DNA of 61,874 nt, counting the filler, from Diploschistes diacapsis (lineage: Eukaryota), in assembly GCA_023645945.1 (NCBI GenBank). It is 13 parts of 13 records of this genome, joined end to end, with 100 filler letters (N's around TTAATTAATTAA, not from the genome) between each part and the next. Parts side by side here need not be neighbours in the genome. Positions count along the whole stretch, not along the records: positions 3,043 to 28,710 come from JALAIB010000204.1; positions 28,811 to 31,746 come from JALAIB010002040.1; positions 31,847 to 34,773 come from JALAIB010002041.1; 10 more parts are not named here. One strand, 5' to 3'. The notes under the pieces were generated by a model. The model searched no databases. It worked only from the letters and a program-made list of their open reading frames with translations, and was not told the origin of the DNA. The position numbers and the translations under genes are program-made. The first letter of the stretch is position 1. Every line of letters begins with the position of its first letter. Of the stretch, positions 22,217-33,649 are shown piece after piece.

Positions 22217-23323
22217 ATGTCGTTAACGAACTGTCGATTCTATGAGGAGAAGTATCCGGAGATTGAGTCGTTCGTTATGGTGAGCCCTAGGAGGAAACGC
22301 CTGTTTCAAAAGCTTAATAGCTAAACCAATGGTTCTTTAGGTGAACGTAAAGCAGATAGCGGAAATGGGCGCCTACGTCAAGCTACTTGAATACGACAAC
22401 ATCGATGGCATGATTCTTCTTTCCGAGCTCTCGCGGAGACGTATCAGGAGTATCCAGAAGCTTATTCGCGTGGGGCGGAATGAGGTTGTCGTGGTGCTCC
22501 GTGTGGACAAGGAGAAAGGTAGGCAATGAGCTATGGCGGAGCCGACTTGACCAGCATATGCTTAGCTTTGCCCAGGTTATATCGACTTGTCGAAACGAAG
22601 AGTGTCAGCCGAAGATGTTGTCAGGTGCGAAGAGAGGTACAACAAAGGCAAGATGGTAGCATCGATAATGCGGCACGTGTCCGAAAAGACCAAAACGCCA
22701 ATGGAGGAGCTGTATTCGCATATTGGGTGGCCACTGAACAAGAAATACGGGAACGCGCTAGACGCCTTCAAGATGTCGATAACGTACGTCTTGCTCTTGA
22801 AATCACGGAGCTTGGCTTTTACTAAACGTCTGCCAGGAATCCCGATATTTGGGCCGGCATTACATTCCCATCGGACGTGGTCAAGGACGAGCTTCAATCC
22901 TACATTGGCAAACGTTTGACGCCTCAGCCAACGAAGGTGCGCGCTGATGTTGAAGTGACTTGTTTTGGGTATGAAGGTATCGACGCGGTCAAGGAAGCTC
23001 TGCGTGCCGCGGAGACAAAAAACACCGCCGAGACACAGGTCAAGGTTAAGCTCGTCTCCCCACCGCTCTACGTCCTCACATCGCAAACTCTGGACAAGAA
23101 CTCAGGCATCACGATGCTAGAACAAGCGATCAAGGAGATCGAGGGAAACATCAAGGCAGCTGGAGGCGGATGCGTTGTCAGGATGGCCCCGAAAGCAGTG
23201 ACCGAAAACGATGACGCCGAGCTGCAGGCGTTGATGGAGAAGCGGGAGAGAGAGAACCAGGAGGTCAGTGGAGACGAAGACGAAAGCGAAAGCGACGAGA
23301 ATCCGGTGAAGGAGACTATCTGA
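22217..23323 (+). CDS. SUI2: Translation initiation factor eIF2 alpha, four exons
   Basis: [70 protein letters not shown]. Confidence 0.98.
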
Positions 23324-23940
23324 GTTTCCCGCAGAAAGGAGCCAAAGTTACTTTGAGGAGCGTACGAGGTACAATGCATTAACCGGCGTTATAGCGCGGT
23401 AGGTGTCTCGGCTGGCAGATTCGCAACACGAGTATTGTGCAGACGACTTTGAAAAAGTCGATACGTATGGGCAGTCGGAGCTGATAGTAGAGGATTAAAA
23501 AGCCTGTTGTAGGTGCTTGTGAAGTAGCTGAAAGGGTATGATAAAACGTACACGCTATTGAAATATAAATGTGAAACGAGCAAGCAGTATCGATTTCTCT
23601 ATCAGATACTAGTCTTATATATATATAGATATTAAAAGATACAAGATCCAACTAGATACGGATTCTGTAACGAGAGTATAAAGCCACAAGTAATTGCGAG
23701 CTATGTAGCGAATCGGCTGCAACCGGCCCCGAAACACCAAGTTCTGTAGCAAGGGGTGGCGGCGAAAGATGATTTCGGAATCTTTCTGGATGAGGACAAC
23801 TTTTTGCTTAGCTAGATGCGACAGGTTGCCATCTATTTCGCTGAATCTTATCCTTCTCTCCCTTTATCCCTCTTGTTCGACAAACAATCGCGTTTGAGGA
23901 GATTTTAACTCCTTCTTTCTCTCTTCGAGGTTGCATCAAC

Positions 23941-26900
23941 ATGTATATTAATTCGTCTGCTTTGCATGGCCTATTGCTAATACCACACTTCCAGGCCATC
24001 ACTTGTTGACAACGCTCAGATAAAGTCGGCCACGCTACACAACCCTTCTCCCATCTATACTCATACCTACATATTACCCTTTTTGATTATATGGCCCGTC
24101 TTCCTAGCATACTACTTATCTGAAGAGAGATACAATCGGTATATCGGCGCGCCAGAATGGACCTTCGTCTGGACCGGCTCGATCATAACTCTGCAGTCAC
24201 TGGCTTGGTTGTGCACCAAATGGAGCGTTGATTTGAATGCACGCTTCACAGCGTCGAATGCCAAGGGACCAAGAGAAGCCAGACTCATCAAGATACACCC
24301 TGTGGAAAATGCTGGAGCTGCTGAGATTTGCAAGCTGGAACGGGATACAGTCCGTACCTCATGCCGGACTTCTCAATGTTGTGCTGACACAAGTGCAGTC
24401 AGCGGGCCAAAAAAACCTTTCCTTCCTTTTCCAGAAGCGGCGCTTCTTCTATAATAGCGATAAGGGCAGCTTTGCGCCTCTGTCATACGCCATTGACGCT
24501 GAACCAAGACCTCTGATCGGTACCTTCCAAGAGTCCAAAGGCCTTAAGATTCTGAAGGAGGTGGAGGATACCCAGCAACGCTATGGTACAAATACCTTTG
24601 ATATTCCGGTACCGACTTTTACAGAATTGTTCCAGGAGCATATGGTCGCGCCGTTCTTCGTCTTTCAGCTCTTCTGCGTTGGTCTCTGGCTTCTTGACGA
24701 ATATTGGTACTATTCCCTCTTTACACTCTTTATGCTGTTCGCATTCGAAAGCACTGTTGTATGGCAGAGACAGAGGACTCTCAACGAGTTCCGCGCCATG
24801 AGCATTAAGCCTTACGATATCTGGGTCTATCGTGAGCGAAAATGGCAGCAGATCACAAGCGACAAACTTCTCCCTGGCGATCTCGTCTCCGTCGCACGAA
24901 CTAAAGAGGACAGCGGTGTAGCTTGCGACATGCTGATTGTTGAGGGTACAGCTATCGTCAACGAGGCCATGCTATCGGGGGAGAGTACACCGCTATTGAA
25001 AGATTCTATTCAGCTTCGGCCAAGTGATGCTCGTCTCGAGCCGGATGGTCTTGACAAGAATTCGTTCCTCTGGGGCGGGACAAAGGTTTTGCAGGTCACT
25101 CACGGGGCTGCAACTGAAGATGCACCAGAAAGCGTTCCGACTTTGGCATCGGGTGTGGAGCCGCCTCCGGACAAGGGCGCCATGGCCATTGTCGTCAAGA
25201 CAGGTTTCGAGACAAGCCAGGGTAGCCTCGTACGTACCATGATCTACTCTACGGAGCGGGTGTCAGCAAACAACGCCGAAGCTTTATTGTTCATTCTGTT
25301 CCTCCTAATATTCGCTATTGCAGCATCGTGGTACGTCTGGCAGGAAGGAGTTAGCAAAGATAGGAAACGGTCCAAGCTTTTGCTGGACTGTGTCCTTATT
25401 ATCACGAGTGTTGTTCCTCCGGAATTGCCTATGGAGCTTAGTCTGGCAGTGAACACGGCTTTGGCGGCGCTTGCAAAGTACGCCATCTTTTGCACGGAGC
25501 CATTCAGGATTCCTTTCGCTGGACGTATTGATGTCGCTTGCTTTGACAAGACTGGTACCATCACTGGTGAAAATCTTGTTGTCGATGGCGTTGCTGGTCT
25601 TATGTTGGGGAAGGCTCAGGGTAACGAGAAGAATGGAGGGGACAGCCGCCTTGTCAAAGTCTCTGATGTCGGATTTCAAACGACCTTAGTACTCGCAACT
25701 GCGCACGCTCTTGTGAAGCTTGATGAGGGCGAGATCGTCGGTGACCCCATGGAAAAGGCCACACTGACATCTCTTGGCTGGACGCTGGGCAGCAAAGACA
25801 CGCTGACTAGCAGAGATGCAGCTGGAGCACAAGTTCAGATCAAGCGACGCTTTCAGTTCTCGTCCGCCCTGAAGCGGCAATCGTCTGTTGCCACTGTCAC
25901 CAGTACGGACAGAGCGACTTCAAGGAAATCGAGATTGACATTTGTCGGCGTCAAGGGTGCCCCTGAAACTATTCGAACGATGTTGGTCGATGTCCCACCA
26001 TACTATGAGGAGACCTTCAAGTACTTCACCAGAAACGGTGGTCGTGTCCTTGCTTTAGCCTACAAGTATCTCTCCACGGATTCCGAACTTGGTCAAAACC
26101 GAATCAACGATCTCCAACGTGAAAAGGTCGAGAGGGACCTTCTCTTTGCAGGATTCTTGGTTCTACAATGTCCTCTCAAGCCGGACGCGAAGAATGCCAT
26201 CCGCATGTTGAATGAAAGCAGTCATCGCGTGGTCATGATTACGGGCGACAATCCCCTAACCGCTGTGCATGTCGCTCGTGAGGTGGAGATTGTCGATCGA
26301 GAAGTCCTAATCTTGGATGCACCGGAGCATGACGAGAGTGGAAAGCAACTCGTTTGGCGCAGTGTTGACGACAAGACAAACATTCCAGTAGATCCAACAA
26401 AACCGTTAGACGACAGTATCATCCAGCAAAAGGACCTGTGTGTGACAGGCTACGCCCTAGCCAAGTTCAAGGACCAGATCGCGTTCAAACAATTGCTGAG
26501 GTATGTTTGGGTTTACGCTCGCGTTTCGCCGAAGCAAAAGGAGGAGATCTTGCTCGGGTTGAAGGCCCTTGGTTACCATACCCTTATGTGTGGTGATGGT
26601 ACTAACGATGTCGGTGCTCTCAAGCAAGCGCATGTCGGCGTTGCTCTACTCAATGGTACCCAGGAAGACCTCAACAAGATCGCTGAACACTTCAGGACTA
26701 CCAAGATGAAAGAAATCTACGAGAAGCAAATTTCAATGATGAAAAGATTTAATCAGCCGGCACCGCCTGTTCCTGTTCAGATAGCTCATTTATACCCACC
26801 TGGACCCAGTAATCCTCATCACGAAAAGGCTATGGAGCGAGAGGCGCAAAAGAAGGGCGGCCTGCAAGTGGTTGCTGTGAACTCGGCTACGGCTACGCAA

Positions 26901-27966
26901 GCAAATGGCTCAGCCTCGACTTCACAGGCATTACAAACCATAAACATGACGACCCAGCAGCAGAAGGAGCAGAAAGCTAGGCAAAACGCTGCTGCTCTGG
27001 CCGACAAATTCACGAGCACAATGATGGAGCAAGAGTTAGACGATGAGCCGCCGCAGATCAAACTTGGCGATGCCTCTGTTGCTGCTCCTTTCACGAGCAA
27101 GCTGGCAAACGTCATTGCTATTCCCAACATTATCCGGCAAGGCAGGTGTACTCTGGTTGCCACCATCCAGATGTACAAGATCCTTGCGCTGAACTGCCTA
27201 ATTAGCGCCTACAGTCTAAGTGTTCTGTATCTGGAAGGTATCAAATTTGGAGATGGTCAGGTGACGATTAGTGGAATGCTCATGAGTGTCTGCTTCTTGT
27301 CCATCTCACGAGCAAAGGTAAGCCTGTATACGCACTTGTAGGATCAACGATTAATCAAGTGACCAGTCAGTCGAGGGCCTATCCAAAGAGCGACCGCAGC
27401 CCAACATCTTCAATCCCTATATCATTGGGTCCGTGCTAGGCCAATTTGCGATCCACGTCATCACGCTCATCTACATCTCGAACTATGTCTACCAGGTGGA
27501 GCCCAAACAAAGCGACGTCGACCTCGAAGGCGAATTTGAGCCCTCGTTACTCAACAGCGCCATCTATCTTCTGCAGCTCGTCCAGCAAATATCCACCTTC
27601 GCCATCAACTACCAAGGGCGGCCCTTCCGTGAGAGTCTCTCTGAGAACAAGGGCATGTACTATGGCATTCTCGGAGTCACGGCTGTCGCGTTCTCTTGCT
27701 CAACGGAGTTTATCCCGGAGATCAACGAGCAGTTGAAGCTCGTCAAGTTCACAGATGCATTCAAGACTACCCTGACCGCCGTGATGGTCTTGGACTACCT
27801 GGGTTGCTATGTGATAGAGAAGGTTTTGAAGGCCTTGTTTAGCGACTTCAAGCCCAAGGATATTGCCGTCAGACGGCCAGAGCAGTTGGAGAAGGAGACC
27901 AAGAGGAAGCACGAAGAATATCTAGCGGCGGAGAAGGAAAAGGAAATAAAGGCGGGCAAAGCATGA
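23941..27966 (+). CDS. SPF1: P5A-type ATPase (Spf1/ATP13A1), four exons
   Basis: PFFVFQLFCVGLWLLDEYWYYS, LSGES, VVPPELPMELS, CFDKTGT, KGAPE, ITGDNPLTA, MCGDGTNDVGALK. Start codon is split by intron 23943-23994. Confidence 0.96.
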
Positions 27967-28269
27967 TTTCGGGAAGATTTGGCGTACTATAGAGAGCTTT
28001 TGATCATGAAAATTTGATTCAATGTTTTACTGCTCTCATTCCATGCCCTCAAGCAAGCATACGTTATCGCAGCCCCTGGAAGCAATGAAGCCATCCCACA
28101 CCCACGGTCACTGGGCGGCATTTGCCGTCAATGACCTTACATAGCTGGAAGTGCGCTGCACCTCTTCACCTGTTCAAAGGCCCTTTTCCCCCGTCCATAC
28201 GGTGCCTCTCGCCTCCATCTCACCTCTCCACCTTGGCTTCTCCACCACCCGAGCAGAAGAAAGCCTCAC

Positions 28270-28683
28270 TCACCACTTCGCCCTTGGACTCCCCAAAAAC
28301 GCATTCAGCACCGTGACCCTCTTCTCCAGCGCGGCCAGCCACTCCTCCATCTGCGCCTTCCTCCTCTCCTCGTCCGGGCTCAGCTTCGCGTAGAAGTCCT
28401 TCCGGTACGGCGTGGCGCTCATGGCGGCGCTGAAGATGGGCTTCACCACGAAGCTGTGGTGCGGCTTCAGCGTGCGCTCGTACGCGGCCCGGAACGAGCT
28501 GCTGAGCTCATCCGTGCCGTTGGTCGTGTTGTGCCGCAGAGCCTGCGCGGTGAAGTCCAGGCCCCGCGTCAGCCAGAGGAGGCCCTCGGCTGCGCTGTGT
28601 TTTTTCGTCGACAGCTCCGACGTCACGAGCGCTTGCAGGGTTGTCGAGGCGGAGGGCGAGGCGAGTTGGCGGTCGCGGATTTT
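28270..28683 (-). CDS. Glycolipid transfer protein (HET-C2/GLTP), last exon only; 5' part cut by contig end
   Basis: AEGLLWLTRGLDFTAQALR, SFRAAY..TLKPHHSFVVKPIFSAAMSATPYRKDFYAKL, ends AKW. Confidence 0.92.
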   Translation of the reverse strand, partial: KIRDRQLASPSASTTLQALVTSELSTKKHSAAEGLLWLTRGLDFTAQALRHNTTNGTDELSSSFRAAYERTLKPHHSFVVKPIFSAAMSATPYRKDFYAKLSPDEERRKAQMEEWLAALEKRVTVLNAFLGSPRAKW

Positions 28684-29062
28684 CTGGAGGTGTGAGGAGG
28701 GTCGTAAGGGNNNNNNNNNNNNNNNNNNNNNNNNNNNNNNNNNNNNNNNNNNNNTTAATTAATTAANNNNNNNNNNNNNNNNNNNNNNNNNNNNNNNNNN
28801 NNNNNNNNNNGTAATATAAATACTCGTTTCATATTAATTATCTTTAAAAAAAATATTGTTACCTTAAAAATTATTAGAATTATCGTATTTAAACCTAAAT
28901 ATAAAAAATAGAGAACGACGTTATTAAGATAGCAACGTGACGGTCGAAATATTATTTTTAAAAACTCAAAAACTTATTCGTCGCTAGATCAAGACCGTAG
29001 TTTAATCATAGATAAACGTCGTCGTTACTGCTGTCGTAATAGCCGCCGTGAAGGTTTCCGTG

Positions 29063-29327
29063 TGTTATGATCTCTATCTCTACAAAGTAGACACGAGATA
29101 TCGATCATGGGGGGTTTGGCCCCGTATAATAGAGAAATATGGGCAAAAGAAAAAGATAAAATAGTCATAGGTTTTAGATTGTCTCTGAAAAAAGGCTTGA
29201 TGATAAAAGATATTCACTATATTTATTATAGATCTATCGTTAAGAATAATATAAGATATAAATACGCTAGGTCTCATAAAGGCTATTACGAAGTTTTTAT
29301 ATAATGAGGAATGCTTGCTGCTCGATA
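29063..29327 (-). mobile_element. Truncated LTR (3' part) of the TGTTACGATC...GATCATAACA Gypsy family
   Basis: TGTTATGATCTCTATCTCTACAAAGTAGACACGAG is the reverse complement of the LTR end at 45814/49499/60637. Homology continues about 240 bp. Confidence 0.8.
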
Positions 29328-29574
29328 CATCACGAAAAGTTTTTGGCGGCGAAACACCGCGAAAATCCGCGAGGTTGGCGAAATTGGCGAAACCGGCGAA
29401 ATGGGCGACAGATAATGCGTTCAAGTGACTTGCCGTGTTTCGCCAAACCTTTTGGCAAAACACAGCGAAACTGGCGAAACCGGCGAAACTGGCGAAAACC
29501 GGCGAAGATGGCGAGGCCAATCGTTTTTTACTAATATATTACGTAAGCAAAAAAAAATTAATGATTATAATATA
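29328..29574. mobile_element. End of unclassified DNA element (CATCACGAAAAG family), copy 1, interrupted
   Basis: Near-identical to 31151 onward. Multiple GGCGAAAC subterminal motifs. Confidence 0.7.
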
Positions 29575-31150
29575 ACGTGAATGCATAATAAGTGGGCCAA
29601 CATAGTAAGTAGGCTACCCCATCAACATTTTTACCACCACTATCTTTATCGTACGATATCTTAACCAATACTCATTGAAATCTTAATCTAAAAAAGCTCG
29701 TACAATCCTTACAATTAAAACTTTCAAACAAAATCCTTATTAAAATATACGTACGCTTACCGGTATTTATAACGTTAATCGTACAACGTTAATCCGTCGC
29801 ATCAAAAATCGCAACGCGCGCGTTAATAATATTCTTAAATCTCGTAATATAACTTTCTTAAAAGAAGAAATGATTATACGAAAATATTTTATCTAAATTC
29901 GCGAAAATTTCCACTCAAACTTCGTCACGTTAAAGATATAGCGAATTAACTTCGTACCGTACGAAACGCGCCGCCCGTCGGCCCACGTTAAACTTCAAAT
30001 TTTATTAAACAATAATTAAATCTATCCACGCGTTTTACGCGTAGATATAATTATCAAAAAACTAAATACAAAGATTTAATTATAATTTATAACTAATTTA
30101 AACTCGTACGAAACATAATAACCAAACACGGGATCCAGAATCAAGATATTTAAAATTTTAACAAGATCGGATTTATAATAGGCGTTATCTCGTCTATTAT
30201 AATCGTAATCAGTTCAAACAGACGTAGAAAGACTAAAATAATTCAGCCAATAATCGAAAATAAATAACAATTATTTAAACCGTTAATTCGTACGGTTATA
30301 ATATTCCGCCGTTTATCATTCTAACGAGCAAAAATTATCTTCAATTATGATATCGCAACAGCCCATTATCATTTTATTGAACCATCGCAGTTAACGAAAA
30401 CGGTTAAATTACTAATAAACTCGATATAAAATAAATTAAATATTTCGATAAACATACTCGCGACCGTACGAAAAGTATTAAACGTTTATTAATATTAAAT
30501 CATCATAAAAACCATCATTCGTACGAATTTAAGAAATATTATAAAAACGAAACGATTATAACGTTTTATATACCTACTCTTTTATTTCATATATTTCAGC
30601 CGTTAGATGTCGATTACTTTAATCATTTAAAACGTGCGTACGGCAAGCAAATCGAAAATTTGATCCGTATATATATTAATTATATCATTAAAATCGGATA
30701 CTTAACCGCGTTTAAAAACGCGTTTTACGCATCTTTCAACGAACAACACGTACGAAAAAATTTCCGAAAATAAAACTTATTCTATTCGATCCGCAATCCA
30801 TTATTTTAAAACTTAATATAAAACTTCGTACGTCTATATCTCCTATATCCTCTTCCGCAAATACCAACCCTTAGATATATAAAACACCATATATTTCATA
30901 CGAAGCTTCTACGCATACCGAATACATTAAAAACAAAATCGCTAAACATCATAACAATTCTCCAACATCTATTTATAGGGCTATAAATCAAATATTTAAA
31001 GATACGAACACGGTTATACATCAAGTAATATTAATAAAAAATCGTATTAATCAACTTACAACCGCCAATCGTACACTTAACAAACGTCGACGCGAAAAAA
31101 AAACACGCGTACGAAAAGAAAGAACCTTTACTATAAAAGATACAAAAGAT
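29575..31150 (+). mobile_element. RIP-degraded Fot1/Pot2 (pogo-like) transposon, 3'-interrupted
   Basis: TA|ACGTGAATGC...GGGCCA...GGCTACCCC TIR. Relic transposase with HTH-psq (IYNVNRTTL.RRI), CENP-B HTH and DDE_1 QP.NR region, many TAA stops. Confidence 0.8.
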
Positions 31151-31746
31151 CATCACGAAAAGTTTTTGGCGGCGAAACACCGCGAAAATCCGCGAAGTTG
31201 GCGAAACTGGCGAAACCGGTAAGGTGGGCAACAGATAATGCGTTCAAGCGACTCGCCAACTTTCGCCAAAAGGTTTAGCGAAACATGGCGAAACTGGCCA
31301 AAGCGGCGAAAGCGGCGAAACTGGCGAAACTGGCAAAAACCGGCGAAGATGGCGAGGCCAATCATTTTTTACTAATATATTATGTAAGCAAAAAAATTAA
31401 TAAATATAATATAATATAATAATAATAATAATTAATTAATGATTATATAATTATAATTAGTATTATATTATACAAAGTATTTTCGCTAAGTTAATAAGTT
31501 ATTAATAATACTCGAGTTAATTGGTACTAGTGGTATCGGATTTAACGGGGTTTAGTAGGTACTATATATTATCGCGAAAATATTGAGAATGGCGTATTTT
31601 ATATTACGTAAGCGTTGATATTCGTCGCGTGAGAGCTTTAGCGAGTTTTAAACGCTAGTTATCCGGCGCTAAATTAGCGGATTTTCTTAATATTTTTCTA
31701 GAAAAATATTAAAAAAAATGCTTTTTTATTTTTTGATTACGTAATA
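31151..31746. mobile_element. End of unclassified DNA element (CATCACGAAAAG family), copy 2
   Basis: Direct repeat of 29328-29574 with GGCGAAAC motifs. Runs to contig end. Confidence 0.7.
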
Positions 31747-32896
31747 NNNNNNNNNNNNNNNNNNNNNNNNNNNNNNNNNNNNNNNNNNNNTTAATTAATT
31801 AANNNNNNNNNNNNNNNNNNNNNNNNNNNNNNNNNNNNNNNNNNNNTAAATAAATATAATTAAAGAAAGGGATGATTCTACAGGTACTTAAAATTATAGA
31901 CAAATTTAAATAATTAAAAAAGTATCTGTAGAATTATGGTATTTATTTTATAATTTATGTATATAATAGGCAGAATAGCACTTGCCCGAGTATGCCTGTT
32001 CGGGATGTTTATTTTGTTGACATCAAAAAGCGGTGGTCTTTGGGTCGCGTAGGATAAGAAACCAGCAATTCACAAGACCGCACTCATTCTCAGTTCGACG
32101 CACCTAGTTCCTATAAGTTGTACTTCTGTGAAGTATGTCATATGGCCAATTTGATATTTTGAAATTACCTTTTGTCGACCAAGCAATCTGGCTATGAACG
32201 CATTCCGAAATTCACCTTATTCTCGAGCAACGAACGACCTGCCTCCAGCAGTCGCAGACATACAAAGAGCCAGAGTGCTTAGCATTAAGGGCTTTCTCTC
32301 TACGAATGATGAGCTGAACCGTATGGCTATTTGTGGAGCTAAACGTGTCTCATCCTGCTGCTACGTGAACCCGTTACTACTTACTATGCTACACTCAACT
32401 CTGGGCTTGAAGTTGTACACGCATAATCTTCCTTTACTTCAAATGATCTGAGAGGCATCGAGACCAAGAGCAAAAGATATGGAGCGAAGGGAGACTAAGG
32501 TGATGGGATCAGTGCATTAGGTTCTTCATAGCGGCCTCAATGAATCAGATCCTACTCCATCGGTCCTCTTAGCTGATCGTATATATGCAGACCTCCTAAG
32601 CCGGTAATTGCTTTTAGTTATCAAGTTCACCTTCTATGTCGTCCGTCCAGATGCGTGACTTCTGGCTTTGGCTTCTGCCCCTTGTCTACTGCATAGAAGG
32701 TTTCTCCGTAAGGATACAACGTTGGCATTCGACCTTCGAATAGCAGTACGAGCAGCATCATCATCCAGGAACATTCAACAGCCTTCCTGTCCCCTCACCG
32801 CACCGCCAGATCCCCATCAACTGACAGAACTCGACTCAAAGCTGTCCATCCGGCCCCCTGCGCTGCGCCCGCTACCCTCCTTCATTCCTTAATTCA

Positions 32897-33649
32897 ATGC
32901 CTGCTCTTCAGACCACGGCTTCTCCTTCGTCATCCCGTACGGAAGGCCAGGACAACTCCGCCATGTCCTCCATCAGGCTGCAAAAGACCGTAGTCACTAC
33001 CTCCGCCCGCTCCCGTCAGTCTACTCATACTATAATGCCTCCTCTCCAGGCCATGATTTCTCCTCGCCCCTCCCACCGAGGACTCCACGACTACTCCTCC
33101 ATATCCCCCAGCAGGCTGGCGGAGGACATAGCCACCACCTCATCCCACTCCCCTCCCTCTGATCATACTACAGTGTCTGCTCTTAAGGCCATGATTTCGA
33201 CTTCCTCTTCCCAGCCTCCACGCCATGACCGCTCTTCGATATCCTCAACCAGCCTGCCGAGCGCCACCGCCGCCTCCTCTTCAAACTATTCGACCTTCAT
33301 CGGCCTCAACATCGGCATAGCCGTCGGCTTCGGCGTCCTCGTCTTACTCCTCGCCACCATCACTTTTCTTCTCTGGCGCCGCCACCGCATCTACAAGCGA
33401 GCACTGGGCCCATACCGGAATCCGGTGACGCGGATGGATCTGCAGCAAGTGTCGTCGCATGTGGGGTCTTTCGGAGGAGCTCCCAGGTCACAGAAGGATG
33501 GAGGAGTAGCAGTGGGCGAGGAGTACGCGGAAAGGGCGAATATGGAGGTAGTGCGGAGTTTGAGAAGCAAAGAAGAGGCAGAGAAGGAAAGAGCGTTCGG
33601 TTATAGGTACGCGGGAGAAAGTGAGCAGAAATCAGAGCTGGCGGCGTAG
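32897..33649 (+). CDS. Ser/Thr/Pro-rich single-pass membrane protein (Mid2/mucin-like architecture)
   Basis: S/T-rich N-terminus, TM IGLNIGIAVGFGVLVLLLATITFLLW followed by RRHR stop-transfer, short tail. No clear signal peptide. Confidence 0.65.
   Translation: MPALQTTASPSSSRTEGQDNSAMSSIRLQKTVVTTSARSRQSTHTIMPPLQAMISPRPSHRGLHDYSSISPSRLAEDIATTSSHSPPSDHTTVSALKAMISTSSSQPPRHDRSSISSTSLPSATAASSSNYSTFIGLNIGIAVGFGVLVLLLATITFLLWRRHRIYKRALGPYRNPVTRMDLQQVSSHVGSFGGAPRSQKDGGVAVGEEYAERANMEVVRSLRSKEEAEKERAFGYRYAGESEQKSELAA

Noticed and set aside
28270..28683. HET-C2 plus Spok-like gene as a conflict gene cluster
   Set aside because: GLTP is a conserved housekeeping gene 11 kb away, separated by core genes; no evidence of a functional link.
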